From NCBI GenBank assembly GCA_964016885.1, contig OZ024760.1:10106001-10170000 (forward strand): a stretch of 64,000 nucleotides of DNA. Reading direction: 5' to 3'. The notes under the pieces are model-generated. The model worked only from the letters and a program-made list of their open reading frames with translations, had not been told where the DNA came from and made no database searches. The DNA comes from Eledone cirrhosa. Lineage: Eukaryota. Below, in pieces: positions 14,701 through 29,184 of this stretch (positions within the stretch are counted from its first letter, which is position 1; every line of letters starts with the position of its first letter). The position numbers were made by a program, and so were the translations under genes.

Positions 14701-14954
14701 AGGCTATGTAGCCGGTAAGAGTGTCAGACATCAGGAGTTGCGGCCGACTTAAGACAATTGTTAAAATAATTTGAAATCTTTTCCACCATCAATTGTTTAA
14801 AAACAAGTTAAAATCATTTAGTCGTCCATTCGTAACATACGTTACTCATTAGTTACATCCACATCTACAGATACAGACAACAGATGGAAGGGGCTGGTGA
14901 AACGATATAGCGATGCATGTTGCATTCCTTTAGGGTTTTCCGGCTACATAGCCT
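14701..14954. mobile_element. Small non-autonomous element bounded by 15-bp perfect inverted repeats (MITE or HINE/DINE-1-like)
   Basis: aggctatgtagccgg at 14701 and ccggctacatagcct at 14940-14954. Confidence 0.55.
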
Positions 14955-15052
14955 ATTCGATTATATTACTGCTTCATTATAATAGTCAGCACTTTAGTTA
15001 AATATTCTATTTGGTTGAATATTCAATAAAAGAACACTTTTCACTAATACAA

Positions 15053-15575
15053 ACGTACACACTCACTAATACACAGACACACACACACACACAAGCTAAC
15101 GTACACACTCACTAATACACACATACACACACACACACAAGCTAACGTACACACTCACTAATACACACACATACACACACACACAAGCTAACGTACACAC
15201 TCACTAATACACACACACACACACACAAGCTAACGTACACACTCACTAATACACACACATACACACACACACAAGCTAACGTACACACTGACTAATACAC
15301 ACACATACACACACACACACGCTAACGTACACACTCACTAATACACACACACACACACACAAGCTAACGTACACACTCACTAATACACACACATACACAC
15401 ACACACAAGCTAACGTACACACTCACTAATACACACACACACACACACACACAAGCTAACGTACACACTCACTAATACACACACATACACACACACACAA
15501 GCTAACGTACACACTCACTAATACACACACAAGCTAACGTACACACTCACTAATACACACATATACACACACACA
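15053..15575. repeat. ~40-47-bp compound minisatellite
   Basis: aagctaacgtacacactcactaata(ca)n. Confidence 0.9.
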
Positions 15576-15710
15576 CTTTAACACAGACATACGCACTCTA
15601 ACACACACTAACACACTCTACCGTATACACTCAGTAACACACACACACACACACACACTCTAACACAAACATATGCACTCTAACGCACATACATACACTC
15701 GAAGACGCAC

Positions 15711-15798
<88 letters not shown>

Positions 15799-15867
15799 AC
15801 ACACACACACACACACAGTAACATTGACAGAGAGATATTTTAATAACCGAAATCAATAACCTTCCAT

Positions 15868-16254
15868 TGTGGATTGGCAGTATCGGTAGAGGGTCGGACG
15901 CCATGCTTTCCAGCATAGAGTTACGTCCCTTTACGATCTGAGTTCAAATTCCGCCGAGGTTGACTTTGCCTTTCATCCTTACGGGGTCGATAAAATAAAG
16001 TACCAGTAATGCACTGGGTAATTGCTGGCCTTGTGCCTAAAGTAGAAACAATTATTTACAAGAGCGGTGGATTGGCAGTATCGGTAGAGGGTCGGACGCC
16101 ATGCTTTCCAGCATAGAGTTACGTCCCTTTACGATCTGAGTTCAAATCCCGCCGAGGTTGACTTTGCCTTTCATCCTTACGGGGTCGATAAAATAAAGTA
16201 CCAGTAATGCACTGGGTAATTGCTGGCCTTGTGCCTAAACTAGAAACAATTATT
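15868..16254 (+). mobile_element. Tandem dimer of a ~190-bp tRNA-derived SINE
   Basis: A-box-like tggcagtatcgg and B-box gagttcaaatcc, body gcctttcatccttacggggtcgataaa, tail tagaaacaattatt. Confidence 0.85.
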
Positions 16255-16643
16255 ACAGGAGAGAGTATTTATGAAACAATAGCTGCTTCGCCTGTCGTAC
16301 CGTGTCAGGACAAAAGCAATCTACTTCATAGGGACCTTCGACGGCTACGGGTTGAGCACATCTCCCGCCATTATACACCCTAACAATACAAAGTATATAT
16401 ATAAATGTATATATGTATGTATATATATATTTATATATATATATATGTATGTATGTATATATCCAAGGATGTGTGGTATATATATAAAATTATATATATA
16501 TATATATGTGTGTGTTTGTGTGTGTGTGTGTTAGTGTGTGTGTGTATGTGTGTGTGTGTCCAAGGATGTGTCCAAGGATGTGTGGTGTGTGTGTGTGCAT
16601 ATATATATATATATAATCTTCAACTTCGATTATAGTCATTACT

Positions 16644-16713
<70 letters not shown>

Positions 16714-16714
16714 G

Positions 16715-16888
<174 letters not shown>

Positions 16889-17806
16889 TGTGTTTATATG
16901 CAGAGATTTGTTCGTGTGTAAATATCTTTACAAATCTTATTTCTAAACAATACCGTTTACGTCAACACAAACAATTGACTATCATACTTCATTTCCGAGG
17001 AAACACCACTACCACTACTACCACCACTACTACCACTACTACTACCACTACTACTACTACTACTACCACTACTACCGCCACTACTACCACTACTACTACT
17101 ACTACTACCACCACCACCACTACTACTACTACCACTACTACCACCGCTACTATTATACTACTACCACTTCTACTAGCACTATTACTATTACCATTACTAC
17201 TACCACTACTACTACTACTACCACTACTACCACCACTACTACCACCACCACCACTACTACTACTACCACTACTACCACCACTACTATTATACTACTACCA
17301 CTTCTACTAGCACTATTACTATTACCATTACTAGTACCACTACTACCACTACTACCACCACTATAACTACTACCACCACTATAACTACTACCACCACTAC
17401 CACTACCACTACTACTATAACAATTACTATTATTACTACAATTGTTACTATTACTTATTACTTCTACCATTATTACTACTTTTACTACTAATACAATTAT
17501 TACTACTACTACTACTGCCAGCACCACTATTACCACCACCACTACTACTACTACCACCGCCACCACTACTACCACCACCACCACCACCACCACCACCACC
17601 ACTGCTACTACCAGCACCACTACTACCAGCACCACTACTACCACCACCACTAGTACTACCACCACTACTACTACCACTACTACTACTACTATAGTATTCC
17701 ATTAATATAGCACGTGATGAGAAGGTAAGCCAACATGAGACTTCAAGATGTGTGTTGTCTATGTAGGGGGGGGGGTCGTGTGTGTGTGTATATATATATA
17801 TGTATA

Positions 17807-17882
<76 letters not shown>

Positions 17883-18026
17883 TGTGTGTATTTACATGCA
17901 TACATGCATATGCATGTCCACAACAATATGCATCTATAATATATATATATATATAGAGAGAGAGGGGGGAAAATATGTGTGTGTGTATGCATATATATAT
18001 ATATATGCACACAGACATACACACAG

Positions 18027-18083
<57 letters not shown>

Positions 18084-18252
18084 CGTACGAATATACAGTT
18101 CAAGAATACAGAGATGCAAAACCAGTCTTATTAGTTTCATACATTCACATATATACATATATATATATATATATGCACACATAAACACACACACATACAT
18201 ACACACACACTCATACACACACACACGCACACACACGCACATACACACACAC

Positions 18253-18285
<33 letters not shown>

Positions 18286-18312
18286 CATACACATACACAC
18301 ACACATACACAC

Positions 18313-18362
<50 letters not shown>

Positions 18363-18711
18363 ACACACATATACACACATAGAACCACTTAGTTGAAATA
18401 CCTGACGTCAACTCTCTGTGAAGGTTGTCGGTATTTTTAATTATTCTTTGTGCTGAGAAAATAGCAATCAGTGACCAGGTGAGCTGTCCACTTCACTATT
18501 GTCCACTAGACCATTGTCCAGTGGTAACAGTCACTATATTGAGAGTTCAATCTCCAGGTCCAGCAAATGTCCTTGCTACATTTACGTCGCTTCAGGGGTC
18601 AACAGCTTATTCTTTCTCTTCTTTTCATCAGCCATTTCTTGTTTTGTTTTCCTGTTTTACGTTTGCTATTCTTGGAAAATACTCTGCTGACGTATATATA
18701 TATATATATGT

Positions 18712-18770
<59 letters not shown>

Positions 18771-18782
18771 TGTTTGTGTGTG

Positions 18783-18833
<51 letters not shown>

Positions 18834-18834
18834 G

Positions 18835-18895
<61 letters not shown>

Positions 18896-18969
18896 GTAAA
18901 TATATATATATATAAGTATATATATATATGTATATATATATATATGTGTATATATATATATATATGTAA

Positions 18970-19005
<36 letters not shown>

Positions 19006-19040
19006 GTATATATATATATGTATATATATATATATGTATA

Positions 19041-19092
<52 letters not shown>

Positions 19093-19125
19093 TACATTTT
19101 ATGTATTTATATATAAATGTATGTA

Positions 19126-19164
<39 letters not shown>

Positions 19165-19315
19165 CATGTGTAAAGGCATGCGTGAATTTATTAATCCTTG
19201 CGTGTATAATTCTATATAAACATCCAAGGACATTTGTTCTCGTATTTCTAAAGTATTTTATTGTAAAGGAACACGTGACCTCTATACAATATATGTCGTA
19301 CAGACACTTACACAC

Positions 19316-19377
<62 letters not shown>

Positions 19378-19628
19378 GCGTGTGTGTGTGTGTATTTCGT
19401 TTTTGTATTTGACCCTCTCAAAGTACAACAATATATATATATATATTGTTGTAGAGATAGAGTGAGAGAGAGGGAGAGAGAGAGAGGGGAGAGAGAGAGA
19501 GAGACCTTTATAATATTAATAATAATAATGATAATAATAATAATAATAATAATAATAATTGTTTCTACTTTTGACACAAGGCCACCAATTACTATGTGTA
19601 TATATATATGTATATATATATATGTATA

Positions 19629-19696
<68 letters not shown>

Positions 19697-19723
19697 CATA
19701 TATATTAATATATATATATATAT

Positions 19724-19754
<31 letters not shown>

Positions 19755-19766
19755 TACATATATATA

Positions 19767-19820
<54 letters not shown>

Positions 19821-19827
19821 TACATAT

Positions 19828-19878
<51 letters not shown>

Positions 19879-19891
19879 CATATATACATAT

Positions 19892-19922
<31 letters not shown>

Positions 19923-19959
19923 GACATATATACATATATATATATATGTATATATATAT

Positions 19960-20150
19960 ATAACAAAGGAATTGTGGTAAGGAACCAGATGGACCATAAC
20001 GCACCAGAGAACTCAATACTTAGAGTAGTAGAGTTGGAAATAGGAAAAAGTATGACCCCCGACGGCAGAGAATGAAGCCGTTTCGACGGCTATTTCTGGA
20101 CCAGAAATAGCCGTCGAAACGGCTTGAGCTCTGCCGTCGGGGTCATACTT

Positions 20151-20157
<7 letters not shown>
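19960..20157. mobile_element. Family P palindromic element (variant subfamily)
   Basis: Tail plus palindrome gaaaaagtatgacccc..cggctatttctgg|ccagaaatagccg..gtcatactttttc. Confidence 0.7.
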
Positions 20158-20215
<58 letters not shown>

Positions 20216-20324
20216 TATACTCATTTATAGGGTATATTTTAGCTGAATACAATGAGGGCCATGCAGAGAGGTTATACTTTAATAGTTTAACCCTTTAGCA
20301 TTCACATTACTCTATATATACTAT

Positions 20325-20518
20325 GGCGGTGGTGGATTGGCAGTATCGGTAGAGGGTCGGACGCCATGCTTTCCAGCAGAGTTACGTCCCTTTACGATCT
20401 GAGTTCAAATCCCGCCGAGGTTGACTTTGCCTTTCATCCTTACGGGGTCGATAAAATAAAGTACCAGTAATGCACTGGGTGGGTAATTGCTGGCCTTGTG
20501 CCAAATGTAGAAACAATT
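20325..20518 (+). mobile_element. tRNA-derived SINE with ~19-bp TSD
   Basis: Flanked by attactctatatatactat on both sides. Confidence 0.88.
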
Positions 20519-21019
20519 ACTCTATATATACTATTATATTTTCATAGTAAAGGTTTTACCTCACATAATTATCCCACATAACATTCACATTACTCTATAT
20601 ATACTATTATATTTTAATGGTAAAGGTTTTACCTCACATAATTATCCCACATAACATTCACATTACTCTATATATACTATTGTATTTTCATGGTAAAGGC
20701 TTTACCTTACATAATTATCTCACATAACATTCACATTACTCTATATATACTATTATATTTTCATGGTAAAGGTTTTACCTCACATAATTATCCCACATAA
20801 CATTCACATTACTCTATATATACTATTATATTTTCATGGTAAAGGTTTTACCTCACATAATTATCCCACATAACATTCACATTACTCTATATATACTATT
20901 GTATTTTCATGGTAAAGGCTTTACCTTACATAATTATCTCACATAACATTCACATTACTCTATATATACTATTATATTTTCATGGTAAAGGTTTTACCTC
21001 ACATAATTATCCCACATAA
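20516..21019. repeat. 73-bp tandem repeat, ~7 copies
   Basis: attactctatatatactattatattttcatggtaaaggttttacctcacataattatcccacataacattcac. Confidence 0.93.
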
Positions 21020-21541
21020 TATCGAATCTATGAGATTTTAAAAGTATTTATTTTGAGAACAATACCTTAACATCAGTTTGAGCGACCAGTTACAGCCAGT
21101 TTCAACAGAGAGAGGTACAGAATTCTGGCTGGTTTTGGCCGGTTTGAACACTAAAGGGTTAAATATGAAACCAAAGAATTAAGGCTTTTCTACACTGACA
21201 GTTGTTTCTACCTCTAATGAGTGACACATACTCTTTTACTCTTTTACCTGTTTCAGCCATCCGGCTGAGGCCATGCTGGGGCACCGCCCTTGGTGCACAT
21301 AGTGAATTATTTTGTCTAATAATTCACAATTAGTACTTATAACACGTGTTCACAGTTTAATACGGATATAGTCCACACAAAATAATATTTAGAACAAATA
21401 AAACAGACGGCAAAATAAACGAAGACATTATCGATATATTGCCTAATCGATGTCAATTATGTAACTCCGTAGTATTAGCATCGATAACACACATACATTC
21501 TTCCATTCATCCTCATAACTAATGTGTGTATAGATATATAG

Positions 21542-21629
<88 letters not shown>

Positions 21630-21701
21630 CTGTCTGTATCTCTCTCTCTTTCTCTCTTTCTATATATATATATATATTCAGAGAGAGAGGGAGAGATGTA
21701 C

Positions 21702-21737
<36 letters not shown>

Positions 21738-21884
21738 GTATATATATGTATAAGAAATGTAAATCTGACTTTTTCGAATATTAATAATAATATTCGATTC
21801 CTTTGCAATTATGCTAACAGCCTCTTAAGCCATGTCAGTAGAATGACTCCGTCGTTCTTGCTCTTGTGTTGGCATGAAAACAGA

Positions 21885-21931
21885 ACGGCAAACGCTAATG
21901 TTTCTGGGTTATTACCCTTCATCAGTACCAT
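21885..21931 (-). ncRNA. Compact type I hammerhead ribozyme downstream of a Penelope relic
   Basis: atggta-CTGATGA-agggt-aata-accca-GAAA-cattagcg-TT-tgccgt. Stem I is 6 bp with 2 GU pairs. Confidence 0.7.
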
Positions 21932-22310
21932 ATACTTTTCACCTGCCAACTGTCAGAGCTAGTGAAAATATATGATATTTTCTGGAATATACAGTGACTG
22001 ATCGGCCTGATTTGCATATTAGCATATTGTCTGATCAGTCAAGTCTGCATATTAACAGACCCACTGATCAGCCAGATTTGAATATCGAAAGCAAAACGTA
22101 TTTTAACAAAGGGAAATAACTCCAAGATGTAAATTTGAAATAGCAGAAATATAGTACTGTGTGGTGGTATGTTATATAGAGATGGTAATATTTATTAAGT
22201 TATGGAGTAGAGTAGTAGAGGTATATTGTATTATGTAAGTGTAGAAAGTGAAAGAGACAGAAAAGATATAATGGAAGTATGTAAATCAAATTAAGGTGGT
22301 TGAAAATCAG

Positions 22311-22620
22311 TCAAATTTGTTGAATATTTCCACTTCGCAAGAAGTTGGGTTTCAGATGGAGGCATCCCCTAAAAGTTTCGCCCTTTGAGTTCAAATAAAT
22401 ATTGTTAGGAGACGACAAACCTTGTAATATTCCAAATTTCTCGCAAATACAGAGACGACATATCTTGGTAACATTGGTGTAAGGACTGGCTCTTTCAAGT
22501 ATCTTCCAAGTAAGCTTATGTAGGACTCCCCTTCTAATTGCCAGCAATTGCTGTATTCTGGAGGTATGGTTAAATTTGGGCCTTGAGACTTTGAGTGCCA
22601 CTTTTGCTCCGTGTATGAAC
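22311..22620 (-). pseudogene. Penelope-like GIY-YIG endonuclease C-terminal relic
   Basis: LTWKILERASPYTNVTKICRLCICEKFGIL..YLNSKGE..CLH. Confidence 0.8.
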
Positions 22621-22633
22621 ATAAATAAATAAT

Positions 22634-22821
22634 ATAATTGTTTCTACTTTTGGCACAAGGCCAGCAATAACCCAGTACATTACTGGTACTTTATTTTATC
22701 GACCCGGTAAGGATGAAAGGCAAAGTTACCCTCGGCAGGATTTGAACTCAGAATGGCAAGGGCCGTAACTCTATATGTCAAAGCATGGCGTCCGACCCTC
22801 TACCGATACTGCCAATTCACC
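22634..22821 (-). mobile_element. tRNA-derived SINE
   Basis: Family match, with taaataatataat on both flanks. Confidence 0.85.
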
Positions 22822-22895
22822 TAAATAATATAATATAATATAATATAATATAATATATTATATATATATATATATATTACTGAATAATCTTAAAC

Positions 22896-22954
<59 letters not shown>

Positions 22955-23359
22955 CAGCAGCAGCAGCAGCAACAATGCGGAATAGTTACACAAGAATACA
23001 TTCCAAGAAGTTCCAGTGGAAAAAATCTCAAAATGCAAAATTGTTTCTGAGTTTCTGAAATTATTATTAATTAAACTAATTAATTTGTTTTCCCATTTAT
23101 TATTTGTACATTTTAATTTTCGAAATTGAAATAGGTTTCGCCGTAACATAGTTTTAATAACGGGGCATACAAATCCATTGAGCGGAAAAGATGGATATCA
23201 GCATTCACTTTTTTTTTTTTTTTTTTTTTTTTCGTTATTAAGATTTAAGGTTTATACGCCCCTTTATTAAGACTTTATTTAGTGAAATGTTACGGCGAAA
23301 CTCGCCGCTTTCTAAATATATTTCCATTTTTATTTTTATCTTATTTAATCTCTCTTCAG

Positions 23360-24213
23360 ATTTCCCCAGAGAAAACGAGGGAGCTAAACTGGACCAGTCA
23401 AGTAACCCCAACTTGGTGTTTGCTATGAAGTTACAACACCCGAAAGATCCCCTCATGGAAACGATAATTCGATCAGCCAAGCTGCACATTTTCAAACGAG
23501 AAGGCAAAAGACAGGCCTCAAATGAAACTTCTAGTCTTAGTTCGGAATTGGAGGTTCACGTGTATCACGTGACAGTTGATCCGAACACAGGCGAACATAA
23601 ACGAACTATTGTCGACACGAAAAGTATTGACCTCAAAGAATCTGGCTGGGTGATATTTAACATTCAACAGGCCCTACAAAACTGGTTAGACGAACCCAGC
23701 AAGAAGGACGGCTTACTCAGACTGCAGTTATCCAGCAAAGCCTGTACGAAAGACCTACATCGTTTATTCCAAGTAAAGCGACGGTTCACTAAAAGATCTT
23801 TGCGAGACCAAGAACCGCGACTCAACGTGAAGACATCAGAAAGATTAATACTGGGAAGAGTGAAAAGAGACAGTCACACTGGCGATTGTGTGAAGGGTGA
23901 CGGAGAGACGCAGTGCTGTCGCTTTTCAGTGAAAATTGACTTCAAGGAATTCAGCTGGGAGGAATGGGTGATTGCACCCACCTCCTTTAATGCTTACTAC
24001 TGCGAAGGAGAATGTGGAAATAATCGGTTGGCAAATGATTGGGCTTATGTAAAACGAATGATCCATAAGTCGAACCCGAAGAAAATGCCGGTTGATGTAT
24101 GTTGTGTACCGAACAAGTATAAAGGACTGACATTGCTACATTATAACAACGAAGGCCAACTGACGCTCTCAGATCGAGAAACTATGGTTGTAGAGGACTG
24201 TCGGTGTCGATAG
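23360..24213 (+). CDS. Terminal coding exon of a TGF-beta superfamily ligand (myostatin/GDF8-11/activin-like): C-terminal prodomain plus mature cystine-knot domain
   Basis: ORF 23287-24213 has an RVKR furin site followed by DSHTGDC..CCRFSVKIDFKEFSWEEWVIAP..YYCEGEC..CCVP..MVVEDCRCR*, the 9-Cys pattern. A polypyrimidine acceptor (tctcttcag|A) ends at 23359, giving a phase-1 intron. The ORF-track N-terminus is probably intronic. Confidence 0.93.
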
Positions 24214-24264
24214 AACATGCGCACACATATACACATACACCAGATACATGCATACATATACTCA

Positions 24265-24800
24265 ATCATATACATGTACATATAAACAGACAGATACACG
24301 CACGCGCACACACACACATACGCACCAGCACGCACCAGCTACACACACATATCATTGTACATATAAACAGACAGGTACACGCACATACACACACGTACAC
24401 ACACACACGCACGCACGAGCTACACACACATATCATTGTACATATAAACAGACAGATACACGCACACACACACACGTACACACACACATACGCACGCACC
24501 AGCTACACACACATATCATTGTACATATAAACAGACAGGTACACGCACACACACATACGTACACACACGCACACACGCACGAGCTACACACACATATCAT
24601 TGTACATATAAACAGACAGATACACGCACACACACACACACGTACACACACACATACGCACGCACCAGCTACACACACATATCATTGTACATATAAACAG
24701 ACAGATACACGCACACACACACACGCACCAGCTACACACACATATTGTACATATAAACAGACAGATACAGACACATGTACAAGTACATATAAATAGACAG
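24265..24800. repeat. ~75-80-bp compound repeat in the putative 3' UTR of the TGF-beta-like gene
   Basis: agctacacacacatatcattgtacatataaacagacag repeated about 7 times. Confidence 0.85.
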
Positions 24801-24913
24801 GTACACATACATATACATGTACATATAGACACACACAGATAATCACACATACACACATACTTATATGCATACATACATACATACATACATACATACATAC
24901 ATACATACATACA

Positions 24914-24949
<36 letters not shown>

Positions 24950-25020
24950 TACACGCATATATATATATATATCTTATGATTTATATATATATACATACAT
25001 ATACATATATATACACATAT

Positions 25021-25061
<41 letters not shown>

Positions 25062-25158
25062 CTGTGTGTGTGTCTGTGTGTATGTGTGTGTGTGTATGTG
25101 TGTGTGTGTGTGTGTTTATGTGTGTGTGTGTGTGTCTGTGTGTGTCTGTGTGTGTGCC

Positions 25159-25189
<31 letters not shown>

Positions 25190-25196
25190 ATGTGTA

Positions 25197-25296
<100 letters not shown>

Positions 25297-25698
25297 TAAT
25301 GATTTATTGAGACGCTGGTATGATTTGAAATGCTGAAATCCAAATTTAGAAAATTGGGTATTTTACTCCATTTGCTGAAGCTATTATTTTTAGCGATGGA
25401 TTGGCTGTGTCGGTAGAGCGTCACACACCATGCTCTGTGACATAGAGTCATGGCCCTTTACGTTCTGGGTTCCAATCTGTATTTGAATTCCAACATTTCA
25501 TTCATATATATTCATATATATATATATAACATAAATATATATATATATATTATATATATATATACACAGACAAATACACACATTTATATATATTACATAC
25601 ACACCAAACACATACACACCACACATATACACACCACACACATACAGCTATATATTAAAGTACTTGAATCATGGTGATCTCCGCTTCTCAGTTATGTA

Positions 25699-25785
<87 letters not shown>

Positions 25786-25860
25786 GAAAAGTATAGAAAT
25801 TGTTGTAGCGAGAAGCTCACAGTATTCCATAACATATAACATATATATATATATATATAT

Positions 25861-25892
<32 letters not shown>

Positions 25893-26016
25893 ATGCATAC
25901 ATATATATGTATGCATATATATATATATATATATGCATACATATATGGAAACAGAAGCATATGAACATATATAATCGTATACATAGATAAATACATAAAT
26001 ACACACACACATACAC

Positions 26017-26054
<38 letters not shown>

Positions 26055-26442
26055 CACAACACACGCGCGCACATATATATATATATATATATATATATAC
26101 GCACGCACGCAAAGAAAATGAAAAAATAAAAAGAATGCAAAATGAGGAACTTGTTAAGTTTTAACTTATTTAGCGGTTGAATCGCGGAACCCGGTTCAAT
26201 TCCTAACTGGTATCGTTTCATTAACGTTGTCAATGCCTCTAGGAAAGCGATGAACGCCACACATCCCCCTCTTACCCTTGTCCCTATCAACCTGAGGCTA
26301 TGGCCCCCTATGTACGAAGTCCTTATTAAATTATTCTTTCTCCCATTCAAAACAACTGCAAATACAATAAAAATAATTATTAAAAAATATATATATAAAT
26401 ATATAAAGAAATAAATGCGAAAAATGATATTGGTTGTTGTTG

Positions 26443-26478
<36 letters not shown>

Positions 26479-26632
26479 AATTACTGGTACTAGTAAAGGT
26501 CAGCTATAGTAATTAATATTTGCCTAAGATACCACAAAGATGGCGTTAGAACGCCGGATACAATGTTTTGCGGTATTAGTTTTACCTGTCTCTCAGTTCA
26601 ACTCCTGTAGAGACTTTGTCTTTCATACATTC

Positions 26633-26993
26633 CAGGTCGATTCTTCCTCTATATCTCCTCCTTTCTCTCTCTCTCTCTCCTTACCGAGGCCGATTCTTCC
26701 TCTATATCTCCTCCTTTCTCTCTCTATCTCTTTACCGAGGCCGATTCTTCCTCTATATCTCCTCCTTTCTCTCTCTATCTCCTTGCCGAGGTCGATTCTT
26801 CCTCTATATCTCCTCCTTTCTCTCTCTCTCTCTCCTTACCGAGGTCGATTCTTCCTCTATATCTCCTCCTTTCTCTCTCTCTCTCTCTCCTTACCGAGGC
26901 CGATTCTTCCTCTATATCTCCTCCTTTCTCTCTCTATCTCCTTGCCGAGGTCGATTCTTCCTCTATATCTCCTCCTTTCTCTCTCTCTATCTC
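26633..26993. repeat. ~50-57-bp TC-rich minisatellite that continues after the LINE at 32792-33020
   Basis: ccttaccgaggtcgattcttcctctatatctcctcctttc(tc)n on both sides of the LINE. Confidence 0.9.
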
Positions 26994-27199
26994 CGGATGG
27001 CATAGACGTGCTTCACATGGACTCCGCGAATATTGGAGATATTACGTGTTAACAGTAAGTGTTTGTCTGTATTCTTGCGTTATTGTTTTAATTAACCCCC
27101 TTGCCTGGGTCTTCGGACATTAGGGTTAATTTATTTCACCCCTTTTGGGGTGAAATTTTTCATCCTAAAAATCTTGCAATTGTCTCTACGCTAGTGGTA

Positions 27200-29184
27200 A
27201 TGGAAGCCATTACCACAGGTAACGATGACACGCCCACTAAACAAACTGAAGGAGAGCGGGTAGCGGAGGCAACAAGCCACCCTACTGAAAGAATAATGAT
27301 TATTAGAAACATTGAAAAAATGGAACCTAACCCTAATGAAAAAAATGTGAAAAAAATTAACTCGGAGAAATTGCCAAAATTAATGGATGACGTTTCGACT
27401 TTTCACGGCGCCACGCCCACCAGCAAAGGTGAAAGAGAAGTAGTAGCTGTGACTACAAGTCTCGAGGATAATGAAAATATAAGTGATTTTGAAAAAATGG
27501 AGTCTAACCCCAAAGAAAAAAAAATGTGAGCGAATACACCAACATAAATAACTTTCGCACAGACAACAAAAAAATCTATCATATATACACCTATTGACTT
27601 AACTGCCGCCAGAGAGAAACTGGCAGAAGCAAAAAAGCACATAGTCTTGGTTGGGGGAGAACGGAATGTTTTCCATTAATTCCCCCCCCCCCCGAATTCA
27701 AGAAAACGAGACTAGAAAACACTGTTCTGTTTAGAACAGTCCTAAACAACACGAGAAAGCCAGCACAGCCCAGCCAAATGGAGATAGAGTTGGTCCTAAA
27801 AGACCATATGAAGAATATTCTCTTCATACGAAAGGACCGACTCTATGGCAGCATTTCTGTTTTAACAAAAGACAAGGAAACAGCACAGAGGCTTTCCCTA
27901 AGCCCACTCACATCAACAGCATACAGCTTCTATCCCTCCTACATGGGTAGAAGAACTCAGAGTCAAAGTACAGACAATGCTGCCCACAATGGACTTCTGG
28001 TGGGCTATTGCTGGCTTCATAGACATGGGCGAGGACACAGTGCTGTCAATGGGGAAGGCATCTGGAGATGCGTTCCTGGGAATGGGCCTCGACCTACTAG
28101 TCCAAATGAGGCCCGAAAGAATAGCGCAAATCCCGGATCGAATCTGGCTGGATGACCTCACCCCAATAGATATAATTGTAGAGGGGAGAAGACCAGCATG
28201 CTATTCATGCACGGAAAGGGGACACGTTAAGGCTAACTGCCCGAATCGTATCCCCCAAAAAGGACTATTGCCCACACCCACCACAAACAGTACACCAACA
28301 CCACCCACCTCCAAAAATACACTAATACCACACACAGCCAGCAAACAAAATACAGACACCACCAACCACAAGCACAACACAAACATCACCACCACCAGCA
28401 CCAAACACAAGCACGACACAAAAATCACCAACCACAACACAAACATCATCACCACCACCACCACAAAACACATTCCAAACAAATAATTAAAAAAACAGCA
28501 ACAAATTTACCCCACCCGCAAAAAAAAAACAACCAGACACCACGTCCCTCCCACCTAGCGCTGAAGAGTTTCCCCCAACTTCTGAAGAAGGAGGAGAAGC
28601 CTTCAGACAAGTTAAAAGAAAAAAACGAAAGCACACACCCAGCACACCACAACAACAAATAACCCACACACAAACACCAACTCCAATCAAAAACACCCCA
28701 CCCTCGACCAACAAAAATAAATCTGCGCCTCCCCCCCTTCGAAACATTGACAGCATCACAAAAAAAGACTTTACAATACACATATATAAATAAAGAAAAC
28801 AAAAAACTGTTTAAATTAATAAACAATAGCCCTTTGGTGCAGACCGAAGGGCCAAACTTTATATCAACAGAGAACTTCACCCATTTAAAAATGATAAAGG
28901 TCCCTCTGGACCTTTATCGTTCCTTAAAAGAACAATTTAAACAGGACGTGAGCCCCCCCCCCCCCCCCCCCCCCTGTTTAAAACCGTTAAATCGCGTCCT
29001 CTTGAAAGATTTCCCCATAACCTCCTCTCTCCCTGACACAACTCCAAATACCCCAACCCCACCACACTCGGATACACCCACACCACCACAAAACATCCCT
29101 CCACCCAACACACCCGACCCCATGGAAATTACACAACCCGGAGAGGTAGGTGCTTTTCTTTCTTCACTTTCAACACCAAAATAG
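27200..29184 (+). pseudogene. LINE ORF1 (gag-like, zinc knuckle), frameshifted
   Basis: Fragments in ORFs 27101, 27778, 27977 and 28747. EGRRPACYSCTERGHVKANCP is a CX2CX4HX4C knuckle, followed by Thr/Pro-rich linkers. Confidence 0.8.

Larger units (their letters stand above)
20287..21162. mobile_element. piggyBac-type MITE containing a nested SINE and a 73-bp tandem array
   Basis: TTAA at 20287-20290 and 21159-21162. TIRs CCCTTTAGCATTC / GAACACTAAAGGG match at 11 of 13 positions. Confidence 0.75.
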
